Notes: generated by a model from the letters alone, not told the origin. A stretch of 64,000 nucleotides of DNA from an uncultured delta proteobacterium (GCA_963796685.1 CAWCMR010000009.1:96001-160000); one strand, 5' to 3'; shown: positions 9,949 through 20,768, numbered from the stretch's first letter. Numbers and translations: made by a program.

Positions 9949-11202
9949 TCATGGCGTGTAGGGCTCGCAAGTGCCAGTGCTGTCGCATCCCAGTTTGGGA
10001 GCACACTGCTGCGCATCAGTGCAGTCGCCACCGATTTGCCTCACAGGCACGCACATGTTGGATTTGAGATCGCAGAAGGCAACGCCGGCCTGACAGGAGC
10101 CGTCCACGCAGGGACCCCGACTGGGCGGAATTTGGCAAATGCCGCACTGACAGATTAACCCAATGTCACACCCCGTAGTCGCGGCACCTGGCGTACACGG
10201 ACCGCCGACATCTTGCGCAGTTGAGCAAACCCCGAGCCCGCCGTTGTTGGTGAGGCCACTACAGGTAAGGCCGGGTGAACAGACCTTCGCTGGCCAGGAC
10301 CCCCAGGGAGTGGCGAAACTGCTGATTCCAAGGAATGGCGCATCAGAATCACAGGATTGACCGATTCCAACATATGGACAGCCGACTGCATCTTGGTCCC
10401 CGCACGGCCCAGCAGTGCAGTATTCGTCGACGCAGTATGGGCCTCCAGGGAATGGCGCATTGGTGCAATCACCGGCGGTCGAACAAGGCAGAAGTCTTGT
10501 TGTAGGGGACAACGGCGGGCAAGCCATACCACCATCAACCGGCCCGGCGTCCCGGGATCCTGCATCGGTGAACACCGCATCTGGGGCACAGCTGAACGCG
10601 GCCATGCAAGGGGGAGCGAATTCCCACAGAAAAGTGCCGTGGCAATCTTCCGCTTGTAATAGTTGTAAGCAAGCGCTCTCTTGCTCTGGATCGTAAATAA
10701 CTAGGCCTGTGCGAACCGCCTGAAAGACCGCAGCGCTCGGGAACGGGAACGCTATCGTGTTGGTGAAGCACTGCCGATTGCCCGCACCGGGTTGAGTACA
10801 CGTGGTGAACTGCCAGGATCCAGTGTGGCTCAACGCATCGACGCACTGGCTCGTGACGTATGGGGCAAGGGGCGAGCACCGACTCCAGTAATTGCAACGA
10901 GCCACCGCCAAAGAAAAGGCAACCTGGTCTAGCGGTACGCCGCCATCGAAGCTGACGAAAAGCGGGTCTCCTGGCTCGTTCGCGTCAGCTGGCGGTTGGC
11001 AGGTCACGCCAGTCTCCAGTCCCCCCTCCGATGGTTCCCTACCGTCTGTAATGCCTCCATCTAGTCTCGGCCCAGTGGTCATTCCGCTACATGCCGCGAC
11101 GACACAGCCTGCAACCACGATAAAGATACATAAGCAGGTTAGACGTCGACCGATCCTAGCCATTTGACGGACAAGGTGACTCACAGCGCCGATGCATCTC
11201 AT
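9949..11202 (-). CDS. Cys-rich secreted lipoprotein
   Basis: Hydrophobic signal with VAAC lipobox, DAG/DGG linkers, many Cys repeats. Confidence 0.7.
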   Translation of the reverse strand: MRCIGAVSHLVRQMARIGRRLTCLCIFIVVAGCVVAACSGMTTGPRLDGGITDGREPSEGGLETGVTCQPPADANEPGDPLFVSFDGGVPLDQVAFSLAVARCNYWSRCSPLAPYVTSQCVDALSHTGSWQFTTCTQPGAGNRQCFTNTIAFPFPSAAVFQAVRTGLVIYDPEQESACLQLLQAEDCHGTFLWEFAPPCMAAFSCAPDAVFTDAGSRDAGPVDGGMACPPLSPTTRLLPCSTAGDCTNAPFPGGPYCVDEYCTAGPCGDQDAVGCPYVGIGQSCDSDAPFLGISSFATPWGSWPAKVCSPGLTCSGLTNNGGLGVCSTAQDVGGPCTPGAATTGCDIGLICQCGICQIPPSRGPCVDGSCQAGVAFCDLKSNMCVPVRQIGGDCTDAQQCAPKLGCDSTGTCEPYTP

Positions 11203-11272
11203 TCGTTGATCCTAACCGATTGGCCGTCCAGAATACCACCCCTTCCTGCAAGCCAATAATTCTGCAGATTGG

Positions 11273-13726
11273 CTACGGCGCCGGCGTCTGAAGAGAAGTC
11301 GGCGGCGCATCCGGATACGGCGCTACTTGTGCAAGTGGATCTACCCACACAAATGTGCCGAAGAGAAGGTCCTGATATGCATTGACAGTGGATCTCCCAG
11401 GTGGAAGGTAGGTGTTATGTGCAAACGTGCCAGAGACCGTGGTGGAACTCTGAGCTGTCGCCGCGACGCTTGTTTGAAGGCTCACCGTCCAGTTTGCAGA
11501 GTTTGTCGTGGTCTCAACGGAGGTGATGGTGTCGCTCCCGCTGAAGAATAGCACATTTCCACTCATGCCCACGGCGTCTGAAGAAATGAGGATGTCTTGA
11601 AATGTGGTGTTATAGGATCCGACCGCGGTGGTTGTCGTATTTTCCGAATAGATTACTGTATCGGAAAATGAACATTGAGTGGGGACTTGGGTGACAGAGT
11701 CAACGCCATACTCGCAATGACCAGCTTTGGCCAACCTCCCGCTGGCGATCAAGGAGTCTATTGAACTGAGACATTGTCCGGAATTGTAGAGGGGGTCGAG
11801 TTGCAGCAGTTGTTGGCAATCGTCCTTGCTCAAGATGTCGACCGGCCCCGTTGACTGAGGGAGGAGCGGGTACCCATCCGCGTAGGGTCCTACTTGCTGA
11901 GCACATGAGTACAGATCCCCAACCTCAACACTAGCCAACGTCGCCATAGGGATGGCAGTGGAGGTGGATGGGCTTCCTTGTGCAGCGAGCATGGAGATTA
12001 CAGGCTGCCCGCCAATTTTCCAGAAGCCGAACTGGGGGTGTACGATAAGCTCGAAAGTGTCGCCCCAGAATGGCTCCGACCCGTACGGACCGCTTGCCCC
12101 TGGAATAGTATTTGGTGGCGCTTTCAGAGTGGTCGACCAAGTGGTTTGGGATGTCGTGCCGGAGCCTGTATTGAATTCGAGGCTGCGTCCGACCCCAGCC
12201 ACCGTACTATGGTCCCAAGTGGTACTCGCATTGTCCATTGTACCCGCAATCCCTAGGCCGCCGCCAATGGGGCCCAACTGGCTCTTAAGAATCGACATCG
12301 ACCACGATTCCGTGTCCGCGTCGGTGTCTTTGTTGTCGATGGTCGTCGATTGATTATTGGCGACCTTGGTATCGGCCGCCATCGTGAGACCATACGATGC
12401 TGTTGTCGAAAAGGTGCCTGAACTATCCTTACCTGGCGGCTGATAGATAAGTGTGTATGGCAGCACCTTAACCTGGGCTAACGCCTGCGGTTGCACCACG
12501 ACCTGCCATGGCTTCAGCGCACGAGCGTAATAGAAGGCACCATTCGGTTCAGGATGCTGAAGATACCACATGTATTCTGCTGGAAATGGGTTACCCTGAT
12601 CATCAAGCCATCCCGTGCAGGAATAGCCAGAGATCTCGAACTTGGAGCCCCCAACCGGACAGGAGATGCCAAACGTCGGAGGTGGCATCCAGTTGTCCGC
12701 CGGGTTGGCACAATCCCAACTATTGGGTGAGGCCCAAGTCGGCGCCCAGCCAATCATCTTGTTGGCCGAAGGCGAAGTGGGATCTCGATTGTCGCCTTCC
12801 CAAACGCCTACAACAACACGAACGTAGTTTGAAACGCTCGGTAGATCGGCAGGGACGATTATTTTGGCCGACACCGTGCCATCCTTGGGGGCGGTTTCCG
12901 AGGGCGGGGCGCCAGCACTGGGCCCTGAAAGGGCGAAATTCACCCCCCCGGGCAAATCCACCCAACATCCAGTCTTCGTCCCCCACCCTGCTCTCGTCCC
13001 GTCAGATAGCGGTGCCGACGAGCCGTTTGGTGAAGGAGAATCGTGAGCTATCACTGCTTCTGGATAGTCTGGGTTATTGGGATAGCCTGGACCAGGCGAA
13101 GCCTTGTCGGGTGCGCATGATGTGGCGCTGCTATCCCAGCGTTGCATCTTTAGATCGTAATAGGCCGTGTTTCCCTCAAGCGCGCCCGGGATCCAGGTGC
13201 TGATGCACATATCCGGTATGCAGTACTTTTGGCCCGGTTGCCCGAATGGATAGCCGCCATTGCCACCACCTTCATCCCAAGGGCCAAATGGGATCACACA
13301 ACTGCTAGGCCACCCACCCACCGACGACTTTGGACAATCAGAATCCTGTGTACAGGGCCCGTATCCTATCTGGTTGCCAACAATGCCCCCAACACCGAAG
13401 GGAAGCTGAACCGTGCTCGAATCGTCGGTGAAGGACGCATCTACATAAAAATTGACTGACGGATCGGATACGTAGATTTTAGGAATTCCCAAATCTGTTT
13501 GGGTTGCACTCGGATTGTTATCCGTGACCGTGAAACCGCTACCGGCAGCCCACCTTGGAGCGGTAGGATCCGAAAACTCGGGCGGGCACGCGGGGCCTGC
13601 ATAGCCCGAGAGGACATCTGTGCATCCCCCTGCCGTTAACAAACCTTGAAGAATTAGTGGTCCTTTGACATTGACCGAGGCGAGACCAGTGAGTTCGACA
13701 GTGGTTCCTGGTGGCGTCTTCCCCCC
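11273..13726 (-). CDS. C-terminal part of a large secreted protein, separated from its N-terminus by a frameshift
   Basis: Frame stays open upstream of the called start up to the G6 tract at 13721-13726. No signal peptide of its own. Confidence 0.6.
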   Translation of the reverse strand, partial: GGKTPPGTTVELTGLASVNVKGPLILQGLLTAGGCTDVLSGYAGPACPPEFSDPTAPRWAAGSGFTVTDNNPSATQTDLGIPKIYVSDPSVNFYVDASFTDDSSTVQLPFGVGGIVGNQIGYGPCTQDSDCPKSSVGGWPSSCVIPFGPWDEGGGNGGYPFGQPGQKYCIPDMCISTWIPGALEGNTAYYDLKMQRWDSSATSCAPDKASPGPGYPNNPDYPEAVIAHDSPSPNGSSAPLSDGTRAGWGTKTGCWVDLPGGVNFALSGPSAGAPPSETAPKDGTVSAKIIVPADLPSVSNYVRVVVGVWEGDNRDPTSPSANKMIGWAPTWASPNSWDCANPADNWMPPPTFGISCPVGGSKFEISGYSCTGWLDDQGNPFPAEYMWYLQHPEPNGAFYYARALKPWQVVVQPQALAQVKVLPYTLIYQPPGKDSSGTFSTTASYGLTMAADTKVANNQSTTIDNKDTDADTESWSMSILKSQLGPIGGGLGIAGTMDNASTTWDHSTVAGVGRSLEFNTGSGTTSQTTWSTTLKAPPNTIPGASGPYGSEPFWGDTFELIVHPQFGFWKIGGQPVISMLAAQGSPSTSTAIPMATLASVEVGDLYSCAQQVGPYADGYPLLPQSTGPVDILSKDDCQQLLQLDPLYNSGQCLSSIDSLIASGRLAKAGHCEYGVDSVTQVPTQCSFSDTVIYSENTTTTAVGSYNTTFQDILISSDAVGMSGNVLFFSGSDTITSVETTTNSANWTVSLQTSVAATAQSSTTVSGTFAHNTYLPPGRSTVNAYQDLLFGTFVWVDPLAQVAPYPDAPPTSLQTPAP

Positions 13727-15978
13727 AAGAGAACGGGCGTCAGGCGTACGATTCCGCCGCGAGTTGCCTTAATAGATAGTATCGCGGCGCTTATCGTAGC
13801 TGTCGGAGAAGCCGTGAAGGTCACCACAGCGGTGGAGGACTGGTCGTCCGGACTAATAGTGGCGGCAACTCCATCGGGCAGCCCAATCACGTTAAATGTT
13901 ACTGGGCCAGTGAATGCACCACCTTCCAAGATATTGATCGTGGTAGTCGCTGCCCCCCCGGGGACTAGGCGGACGGCACTAGGTGTACTGCAAATCGCGC
14001 CGTCAGTTCTCGTAGGGTTGCTGCAAATTCCTGTAGTCAAGTCGCACGAGCCCGCATCGTGACACGAGTCGATCGCTGTACATGTCACCGGCGTACCGGG
14101 CGTACAGGATCCCCCACTACAGGTGTCGTGCTGAGTGCAGGGGTTGCTATCGTCGCATGCAGTCCCGTCTGCTTTCGCGGGATAGTTGCCACACATTCCA
14201 CTCGTTGTGTCGCAAACACCTCCGCCGTGGCACGAGTCGGACGCGTTGCACTGGGTGGCGCGGTTGGGGTCGGGGGTACAGAGCTTGTTCTGGCAGGTAT
14301 CGCCCCACGTGCAGGGGTTGCCATCGGCACAGACGGTTCCGTTGTAATACTTGGGATTGGCGCAGTTGATCGACCCGGCGCAGCCCATGCACTTGTATAC
14401 TTGGTCGGCGACTTCCTTGCTGGCGGTGCCCCAAGTGTTGAGTCCTGGCTTGTTCACGCCGCATACGTCGTCCTGACCGCCGCAGGTTTCTGGGCTGCAG
14501 TTGTTGTTCGCGTAGCAGTCCAGGAAGGCACCGCAGCCGGCGCGGTCGCCTTGCACGGTGGCTTCGTATAGGCAAAACGCACCGCATTGATTGGAGGGCC
14601 CACCGTCCGCCGAGCCCGTATTTCGCCAATTCTGCACGCAAGTGTTCGTGCTAGGCGCGGTCACGCGCACGTCGTCGGCCTCGAAGGAAGCACCTACACT
14701 GCCGACGCCCACCGAGCCGCTGGTACACGAGCTATCCGTCTGGGTAAGCAATTGGGTGCCGTTCACATAGGCCTTGAGCGTGGTGCCCTGCATGTCCAGT
14801 TTCACGTGGTACCAAGTGCCGGTGCTGATGCCGCCGGGCACAGCCACGGGATTGCCCAGGGCGGTGTTGACACCGACCACGCGCCGGCCGAGCGCTACTT
14901 TGCCGTCGCCACGCAAGCTTACGTAGTAGCCACAGTCCGCGTTGTAGGTGGCATCGTAGCGGCCCCATAGCGAGACCGTCGCGGTGGGCGAGGAGAAGTT
15001 GAGCGGCTTGAGGCTTGCCTCGGCGGTTGAATCCAACCAGGCCATTCCGGCTTGAGCGCGCGAGATGTACACCTGGGACGCAGTGGGGTCGTTCTCGCGG
15101 TAGACCATGCTGCCATCCCCGACCACCGCGAAGTTCTGTATCGGGCCCTGTTGGACAGCCCAGCCGCTGCCGTTACCGGTCTCGAAGTTGTCGCAGAAAG
15201 CCCACGTTCCGTAGCAGGGGTTTGGCACGCTGGTCAGGCTGGTCGCCGTAGCGGTGGCTGTCGCAGTAGCGGTCTTGGTCACCGTCGCGGTGTTCGTTCC
15301 GGTGGTCGTCGCTGTCGAGGTGGCGGTAGCCGTGGGAACGGCCGTATAGGTTTGGGTCACTGTCTTCGTGCCAGTGCCAACGGCGGTCTTTGTGGCGGTC
15401 TTCGTCGCGGTGTTGGTCTTGGTTCCGGTTGCCGTGATGGTCAATGTGCCGGTGACGGTCGTCGTTCCAGTCAAGGTTCCGGTCGCTGTCTTCGTGCCGC
15501 TCGCCGTACCGGTGCCGCGATAGGTGCCGGTCCAAATTGCCGTACCGGTCGCGCTGTTGGTGGCGCTCTTGGTTCCGCTGCTCGTCAGCGTCCCGGTCTT
15601 GGTCCCGGTGAAGGTTCCTGTCAGGGTTGCCAGCGCAGAATACGAGCTCGTGCCCGACGCTGTTTGGCTGTCGGTCTTGGTAGCGGTCCCCGTGGTCGTT
15701 ATGGTCACGATACTTCCAACCGCGGTCGTGGTACCGGTGTTGGTTACGGTCTGGGTCACTGTCGCCGTATACGGAATAGTTGGCGGCGGGCTGCCTTGAG
15801 TTGCAGCGGCAACTATCATCGGAGTACCACCTCCGTCCGCTCGAGTGGAGACCTGGGCTCTGATCTGCACCCCGAGGCTTTCGTGAACAACAACCTGCTC
15901 TTCGGTAGGAGACTTGGACTCGCAAGCGCCAACTGACAACAATGCAGCGACAGAAACCAACAGTCGAATTGTTCTCAT
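13654..15978 (-). CDS. N-terminal part of a large lipoprotein: Thr-rich tract, ConA/LamG-like domain, Cys-rich repeats
   Basis: MRTIRLL...VGAC lipobox, TGTKTAT repeats, FCDNFE...WYHVKL...DDVRV, CDDSNPCT repeats. Confidence 0.75.
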   Translation of the reverse strand: MRTIRLLVSVAALLSVGACESKSPTEEQVVVHESLGVQIRAQVSTRADGGGTPMIVAAATQGSPPPTIPYTATVTQTVTNTGTTTAVGSIVTITTTGTATKTDSQTASGTSSYSALATLTGTFTGTKTGTLTSSGTKSATNSATGTAIWTGTYRGTGTASGTKTATGTLTGTTTVTGTLTITATGTKTNTATKTATKTAVGTGTKTVTQTYTAVPTATATSTATTTGTNTATVTKTATATATATATSLTSVPNPCYGTWAFCDNFETGNGSGWAVQQGPIQNFAVVGDGSMVYRENDPTASQVYISRAQAGMAWLDSTAEASLKPLNFSSPTATVSLWGRYDATYNADCGYYVSLRGDGKVALGRRVVGVNTALGNPVAVPGGISTGTWYHVKLDMQGTTLKAYVNGTQLLTQTDSSCTSGSVGVGSVGASFEADDVRVTAPSTNTCVQNWRNTGSADGGPSNQCGAFCLYEATVQGDRAGCGAFLDCYANNNCSPETCGGQDDVCGVNKPGLNTWGTASKEVADQVYKCMGCAGSINCANPKYYNGTVCADGNPCTWGDTCQNKLCTPDPNRATQCNASDSCHGGGVCDTTSGMCGNYPAKADGTACDDSNPCTQHDTCSGGSCTPGTPVTCTAIDSCHDAGSCDLTTGICSNPTRTDGAICSTPSAVRLVPGGAATTTINILEGGAFTGPVTFNVIGLPDGVAATISPDDQSSTAVVTFTASPTATISAAILSIKATRGGIVRLTPVLLGGRRHQEPLSNSLVSPRSMSKDH

Positions 15979-16245
15979 GACCCACCCACCTTGAAATCGA
16001 GTTGCACCGACCGGAACCGCATCGGCGCTATGAAGCAGCACGTAGAATTATCAGACGCATGGTGTCCATGTCAACTAACAAATATTCAACAACTGCAATA
16101 CCGTATTATTCTGGCGATTCGCCAGCTGTAACCCAGGACGACCACAAGGGACCTCCCAGTCCACAGAGACCCTCGGTGGCGATAAGTCTCACTTTGTCTA
16201 TCGAAGTACTCGAGGAACGTGACCGCTGGAGGCTTAGGTGTCTGC

Positions 16246-18001
16246 ACCGTGGCCGTGCCTCACCCACACAACGCCCGACACCCGCATCACGCACCTTCCG
16301 TGACCTGCTTGCCGAGAACCCTCCTTCATGGAGGCAGCCGCATGCGCAAAACCTGCGACCGGCTACACCTATGCCCGCCGGGAGCCGGAGAAGACCGCGC
16401 TCTTCCAGGTGCTCCAGCAGCACCTGCTCACCTTCGAGCAAGAGTGGACCGACAAGTCCGACGGCCGCACGCTGCCCAGCTTCGTCACCGACGAGCTACA
16501 CGACTTTCTAGGGTGCGGAATCTTGGCGCGAGGCTTCGCACAATTCTTGTGCAAAACCTGCCACGAGCGGTACGTTGTGGCCTGGAGCTGTAAGGGTCGT
16601 GGCTTCTGTCCGAGCTGCGGAGGCAGACGCATGAACGCGGGTGCGCTGACTCTGGTCGATCACGTGCTGCCCGAAGTGCCCATCCGACAATTCGTGCTCA
16701 CCCTGCCTTTCCCGCTGAGATTTCCCTTGGCCTTCGACGGGAAATTGCTGGGCCAAGTCCTGCGCATCTTCATCGACACCGTCGCGTCCAACTATCGCAA
16801 GCGCCTGGCAGATCGGGGCATCCCCGACGGCGAGTGCGGCGCCGTCACGGTCATCCAGCGCGCCAACAGCGACCTGCGTCTCTCACCGCATTTTCACGTT
16901 CTCCAGCTCGATGGAGCGTACGCCCCTGGGCCCGACGGCGGTGCGCCCATCTTCCACCCGGCTCCGGAACTTACCCAAGAGGACATCCTTGCCATCGTCG
17001 CGCGCGCCAGTAAGCGCATCCTCCGCTTCCTCCAACGTCGCGGGGTCATCACCCTGGTGACCGCGCCAGGCGACGGCGAGATCACCGTCGTCACCGACGA
17101 GACCATCGGCGAGAAGGATCCGCTCCTGGCTCGCTTGTTGGCCGCCGCCACCGCTGGCGCCTCGCCTGCCGGCCCTGCGCACAAGCGGGCTCCCGTGCGC
17201 ATCGTGCTCGACCCTGGCGCCACGCCCGTGGCCAAGGGCAAACTATGCGGCCAGCAAGCAGGCTTCAACCTGCATGCTCAAACCAAAGTCGCCGCCAACG
17301 ACAAGAAGGGTCGCGAAAACCTGTGCAAGTACATCTTGCGCCCGCCTCTCGCCAATGACCGCCTCAAGATCCTCGACGACAAAACCGTCAGGCTCGACTT
17401 CAAGAAGCCCTGGTCGGATGGCACATCGTCGGTCGACCTTGCGCCGCTCGCCCTCATTGCGAGGCTAGCCGCGATCATCCCTCCTCCTCGTCGCCATGTC
17501 GTCAGATATTCGGGGGTTATCTCCTCGCACAGCTCTCTCCGCAGCCAGGTCGTCCCCGTCCCCGCCGTGGCGGCACCCGAGGAAAAGGACAAGCCTTCAC
17601 TGCCGCTCTCGCACTATATTTCTTGGAGCCAGCTCCTCAAAAAGACATTCGAGATCGACACCGTCTGCCCTCGCTGCAAGAGCCCGCTGCATCTCATCGC
17701 CATGATCGAGACCGAGGACACCATCAAGAAGATTCTCAAAGCCATGGGACTGCCTACCGAGGCGCCCAAACTCCGGCCTGCACGACCGCCGCCCTCGCAA
17801 TCTGGTGGCGAGGGCGGAGACTGGCTGAACTGACGGCACGTCGACCAGGGCGGGTTGGAGTAGACTGCCCTGCGTGCTCGAGAAAGACCCCGCCAGGCCC
17901 CAGAAACCCGGTCACGTGCGCTGCGCAGACGTGATCGGGGCCGACCTAACGCGTCCCGGCAGGGTTCTCAGACGCTCAAAAACCCCCTTCGAATCGCCTA
18001 T
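16246..18001 (+). mobile_element. IS91/ISCR-like element copy 2, no passenger (core 16251-18001)
   Basis: Homology with other copies starts at ACCGT|GGCCGTGCC. Same CCTAT|GGCC right end. Confidence 0.92.
16328..17833 (+). CDS. IS91-family transposase, allele B
   Basis: Identical to copy 1 except PWSDG versus PWTDG. Confidence 0.95.
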   Translation: MEAAACAKPATGYTYARREPEKTALFQVLQQHLLTFEQEWTDKSDGRTLPSFVTDELHDFLGCGILARGFAQFLCKTCHERYVVAWSCKGRGFCPSCGGRRMNAGALTLVDHVLPEVPIRQFVLTLPFPLRFPLAFDGKLLGQVLRIFIDTVASNYRKRLADRGIPDGECGAVTVIQRANSDLRLSPHFHVLQLDGAYAPGPDGGAPIFHPAPELTQEDILAIVARASKRILRFLQRRGVITLVTAPGDGEITVVTDETIGEKDPLLARLLAAATAGASPAGPAHKRAPVRIVLDPGATPVAKGKLCGQQAGFNLHAQTKVAANDKKGRENLCKYILRPPLANDRLKILDDKTVRLDFKKPWSDGTSSVDLAPLALIARLAAIIPPPRRHVVRYSGVISSHSSLRSQVVPVPAVAAPEEKDKPSLPLSHYISWSQLLKKTFEIDTVCPRCKSPLHLIAMIETEDTIKKILKAMGLPTEAPKLRPARPPPSQSGGEGGDWLN

Positions 18002-18102
18002 GGCCCCTAGGCCACGACGATCTTCCTTCAGATGTTCTCCCTTTCGCACAAGCATGAGATCCCGCTAACGCCCTGCCGTTCGGCAGCAAGCCGGTGCTGT
18101 GA

Positions 18103-18537
18103 TTATAGGCCGCACGGACAACACGAGATCGATCCGCCGCCTGGACCTGACGGCAACGTCCGGCAGGCTGCCGGAGGCTGAGGCCAAGGTCCGGGTCCGG
18201 TACCACCGCACGCCAGGGCGTACTCCTCGGTGTCACACTGATCTGCGCACTCGGAATACGACACGCCTGGTGTCGGATTCGGACCAGGGCATTCGGCGAC
18301 ATTCGTGCTCAAGCAAAGCATGCCACCACCGTTTGAACCCTGACACGAAAGGTAGGTGCGCGCTGCCTGGCATTGTCCCGGTGCCGCATCTCCCGGCTCA
18401 AAGCTTGGTGACCAAGTGCAGGCGGGAAGAGACGCGTCGGACGATGGGGAGCTCCCACCGCATGAACCTACCCATGCCAAGGACAGAAGGAGTGCGAGAA
18501 CCGGTCGCGCAGAAGTTTGGAGAGAGCACGTCTTCAT
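18103..18537 (-). CDS. Small Cys-rich lipoprotein, possible gene cassette
   Basis: Signal with VGSC lipobox. Bracketed by related attC-half-like motifs at 18062 and 18582. Confidence 0.6.
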   Translation of the reverse strand: MKTCSLQTSARPVLALLLSLAWVGSCGGSSPSSDASLPACTWSPSFEPGDAAPGQCQAARTYLSCQGSNGGGMLCLSTNVAECPGPNPTPGVSYSECADQCDTEEYALACGGTGPGPWPQPPAACRTLPSGPGGGSISCCPCGL

Positions 18538-18542
18538 GAAGA

Positions 18543-19277
18543 TCACTCCGTTCGAGCTGTCGAGAGGCCTTCGTCGTTCGTCTGCCGAACGCTCTGCCGC
18601 TCGACTGCAAGCCCACCGCCGAGCTGGCATCTCGATTCTACACGGTGTTCCTGCGGCGACCATATCCGCTTCAACCAGCCAAGGCTCGTAGGACCGGAAC
18701 TTACGAGCCTCAGCCTTGCAGGTAGACCGCACCAAGGTCTATGGAACGGCCATGCTCGAACCTTGACCGATGCCAGTTCCATCAGACCCCAGCGCGCAGC
18801 TCCATCATCTGACGGTTTCTTCGTGTATCCCGACACGGCGGCATCCAGGGCCTTCTGTCCGGCCGGGGAAAGTACACGCTTCGCGAAAATGACCCCGTTC
18901 TTCAGAAGTTGCTTGCGCTGGGCGCCGTACACCGTGATCTTATAGATAGATCCAGTGTTCTGGTCGTCTCCGAGATGCATCATCCATGTGGCCACTCCGC
19001 CTTTGCTGAGCTTACAGTCGAAAGTGCCGATCTCCCCCACCGGGAAGCCGGAGGCGTCCGCAACGGTCTTGTCGAGGACTTCCTTCTTGAGTCCCCCCGG
19101 CGCCGCGCAGCTTTTCTTGAGAATCGGGTCCAGATCGCCACCACTGGTGAGGACCTTCGGGGCAGCCGTTGCAGAGGAAGGGCAAGCAAGTACGACAGAC
19201 GCCGCCACGAACATAGTCCCGATCAGAAACGCCCAAGAGTGACTCTTGACGAAACCCATGTTGACCTGCGCTTTCAT
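18543..19277 (-). CDS. Secreted hypothetical protein; C-terminus possibly read-through
   Basis: Signal peptide (FLIGTMFVAASVVLA...ATA) and a plausible globular body. Confidence 0.55.
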   Translation of the reverse strand: MKAQVNMGFVKSHSWAFLIGTMFVAASVVLACPSSATAAPKVLTSGGDLDPILKKSCAAPGGLKKEVLDKTVADASGFPVGEIGTFDCKLSKGGVATWMMHLGDDQNTGSIYKITVYGAQRKQLLKNGVIFAKRVLSPAGQKALDAAVSGYTKKPSDDGAARWGLMELASVKVRAWPFHRPWCGLPARLRLVSSGPTSLGWLKRIWSPQEHRVESRCQLGGGLAVERQSVRQTNDEGLSTARTE

Positions 19278-19529
19278 GGATGCACACCTGAAGAACTGAG
19301 GCTACTGAGTATATCACCAGGCCAGCCGTGAGTGCTGAAGGGATTCGACCGGCTAACTTACTATTAGCCTGCGAAGGATAACATTATCCCAGCTGTCGGC
19401 GCGGCGCATTCATCGACCAACTTCAGTGCCCAATATCCATGATCCCGCCTAGTTACCGGAGCGAGCTGGCTCCCCGGTCTGGCTCGGGTGTCGGATAATC
19501 CGATTCGCCCCGCAGGCTGGCGATGGCTA

Positions 19530-19908
19530 TCAGCGGTCGAGGGGGCTACGCACGCCAAGGCCGCCGCGGTTGAGGACGTGGGTGTAGATCATCGTGGTGC
19601 TCACGTCCCGGTGGCCGAGCAGTTCTTGGATGGTGCGGATGTCGTAGCCGTCTTCCAGCATGTGGGTTGCGAAGGAATGACGCAGCGTGTGTGGGGTGAC
19701 GGGCTTGGTGATGTGGGCGGCGATGGCGGCCTTGCGGACGGCGCGCTGGATGACGGTTTCGTGAAGGTGGTGGCGGCGCACATCACCGGTCGCGGGGTCG
19801 GCATAGGTGCGCGTGGCGGGGAAGACCCATTGCCAAATCCATTCGCGAGGGGCGTTGGGATACTTCCTTGCCAGGGCTTCGGGCAAGGCGACGGCGCCCG
19901 CGCCCTGG
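19530..19908 (-). pseudogene. intI: Integron integrase, C-terminal fragment
   Basis: IntI-specific patch [24 protein letters not shown], then [41 protein letters not shown]. Confidence 0.92.
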
Positions 19909-20007
19909 GTATAGGGGATTCCTTGGCATGTAGGTAGGTGTAGTAGACGTAATGTTTCTTACCGGACATTGAAAGCAAAGTGGTGCTTGAACGGCCTATG
20001 CTCACAA

Positions 20008-20460
20008 CAATCAGACCGTGGGCAGGATGCCTGCTGGCGTCAGTGTCACGAACGCCAATCACTTGCGCTTCGAAAGAAACCTGTTCACGCAGATGGGTGG
20101 GACGGGCCTCGATTTCATCTCAGGTACCCACGATGACATGGAGGTGCCATCTACGTGCTTTCCAACCAGGGCACTGCCGACGAGATGCAGTACAACCACA
20201 TCCACGACTACGCGTGCAGCAAGTGGGCCGACTACGGTTGTAACGGGCTGTACTTGGACGAAGAGACCTCTGGCTACACTGTGGCCCAAAGCGGCATGAT
20301 CGATTGTCCGACCAACATCGTCCAAAACAAAAACGGGACAAATACTGTCACGGACAGTGGCGCCAACCCGCAAGGGGCGCAAAACACCATCGCGACCGCC
20401 GGCATCGAGGTCGCCTACGCCGACATCAAAACCCTGACCGTCCTCCCCGCTACATTCTGA
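20008..20460 (+). pseudogene. Fragments of a parallel beta-helix secreted protein with an internal deletion near 20140
   Basis: FERNLFTQMGGTGLDF in one frame joined to GGAIYVLSNQ...GLYLDEETSG in another. Confidence 0.6.
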
Positions 20461-20469
20461 CTTCCAGAG

Positions 20470-20768
20470 ACTCGATCAACCATCAAGCCGTCGTCACCAT
20501 CCCGGCCGCCGACCTTGGAACCTGGGTTCATCCTTGCGGCGTCTTCGACGGCGCCACGTATCTCCTTTACCGCGATGGCGCGCTCGCAGCGACCACGGTC
20601 GATGCGACGCCGCCGCAGGCGAGCGTCGATGCGACCTGGGCGATCGGCGCTCGCGCTCCTCAGCAGGATAGCGGCGTTGACGATCAGCTGCAGGGGCAAA
20701 TCGATGACGTCAGGATCTATGGTCGCGCGCTGAGCTCGGCGGAGGTCGAGGCGCTGTATCAAAGGTGA
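20470..20768 (+). pseudogene. LamG/ConA-like domain, C-terminal fragment
   Basis: TWVH.CGVFDG...LYRDG...IGAR...GQIDDVRIYGRALSSAEV. No start. Confidence 0.7.
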
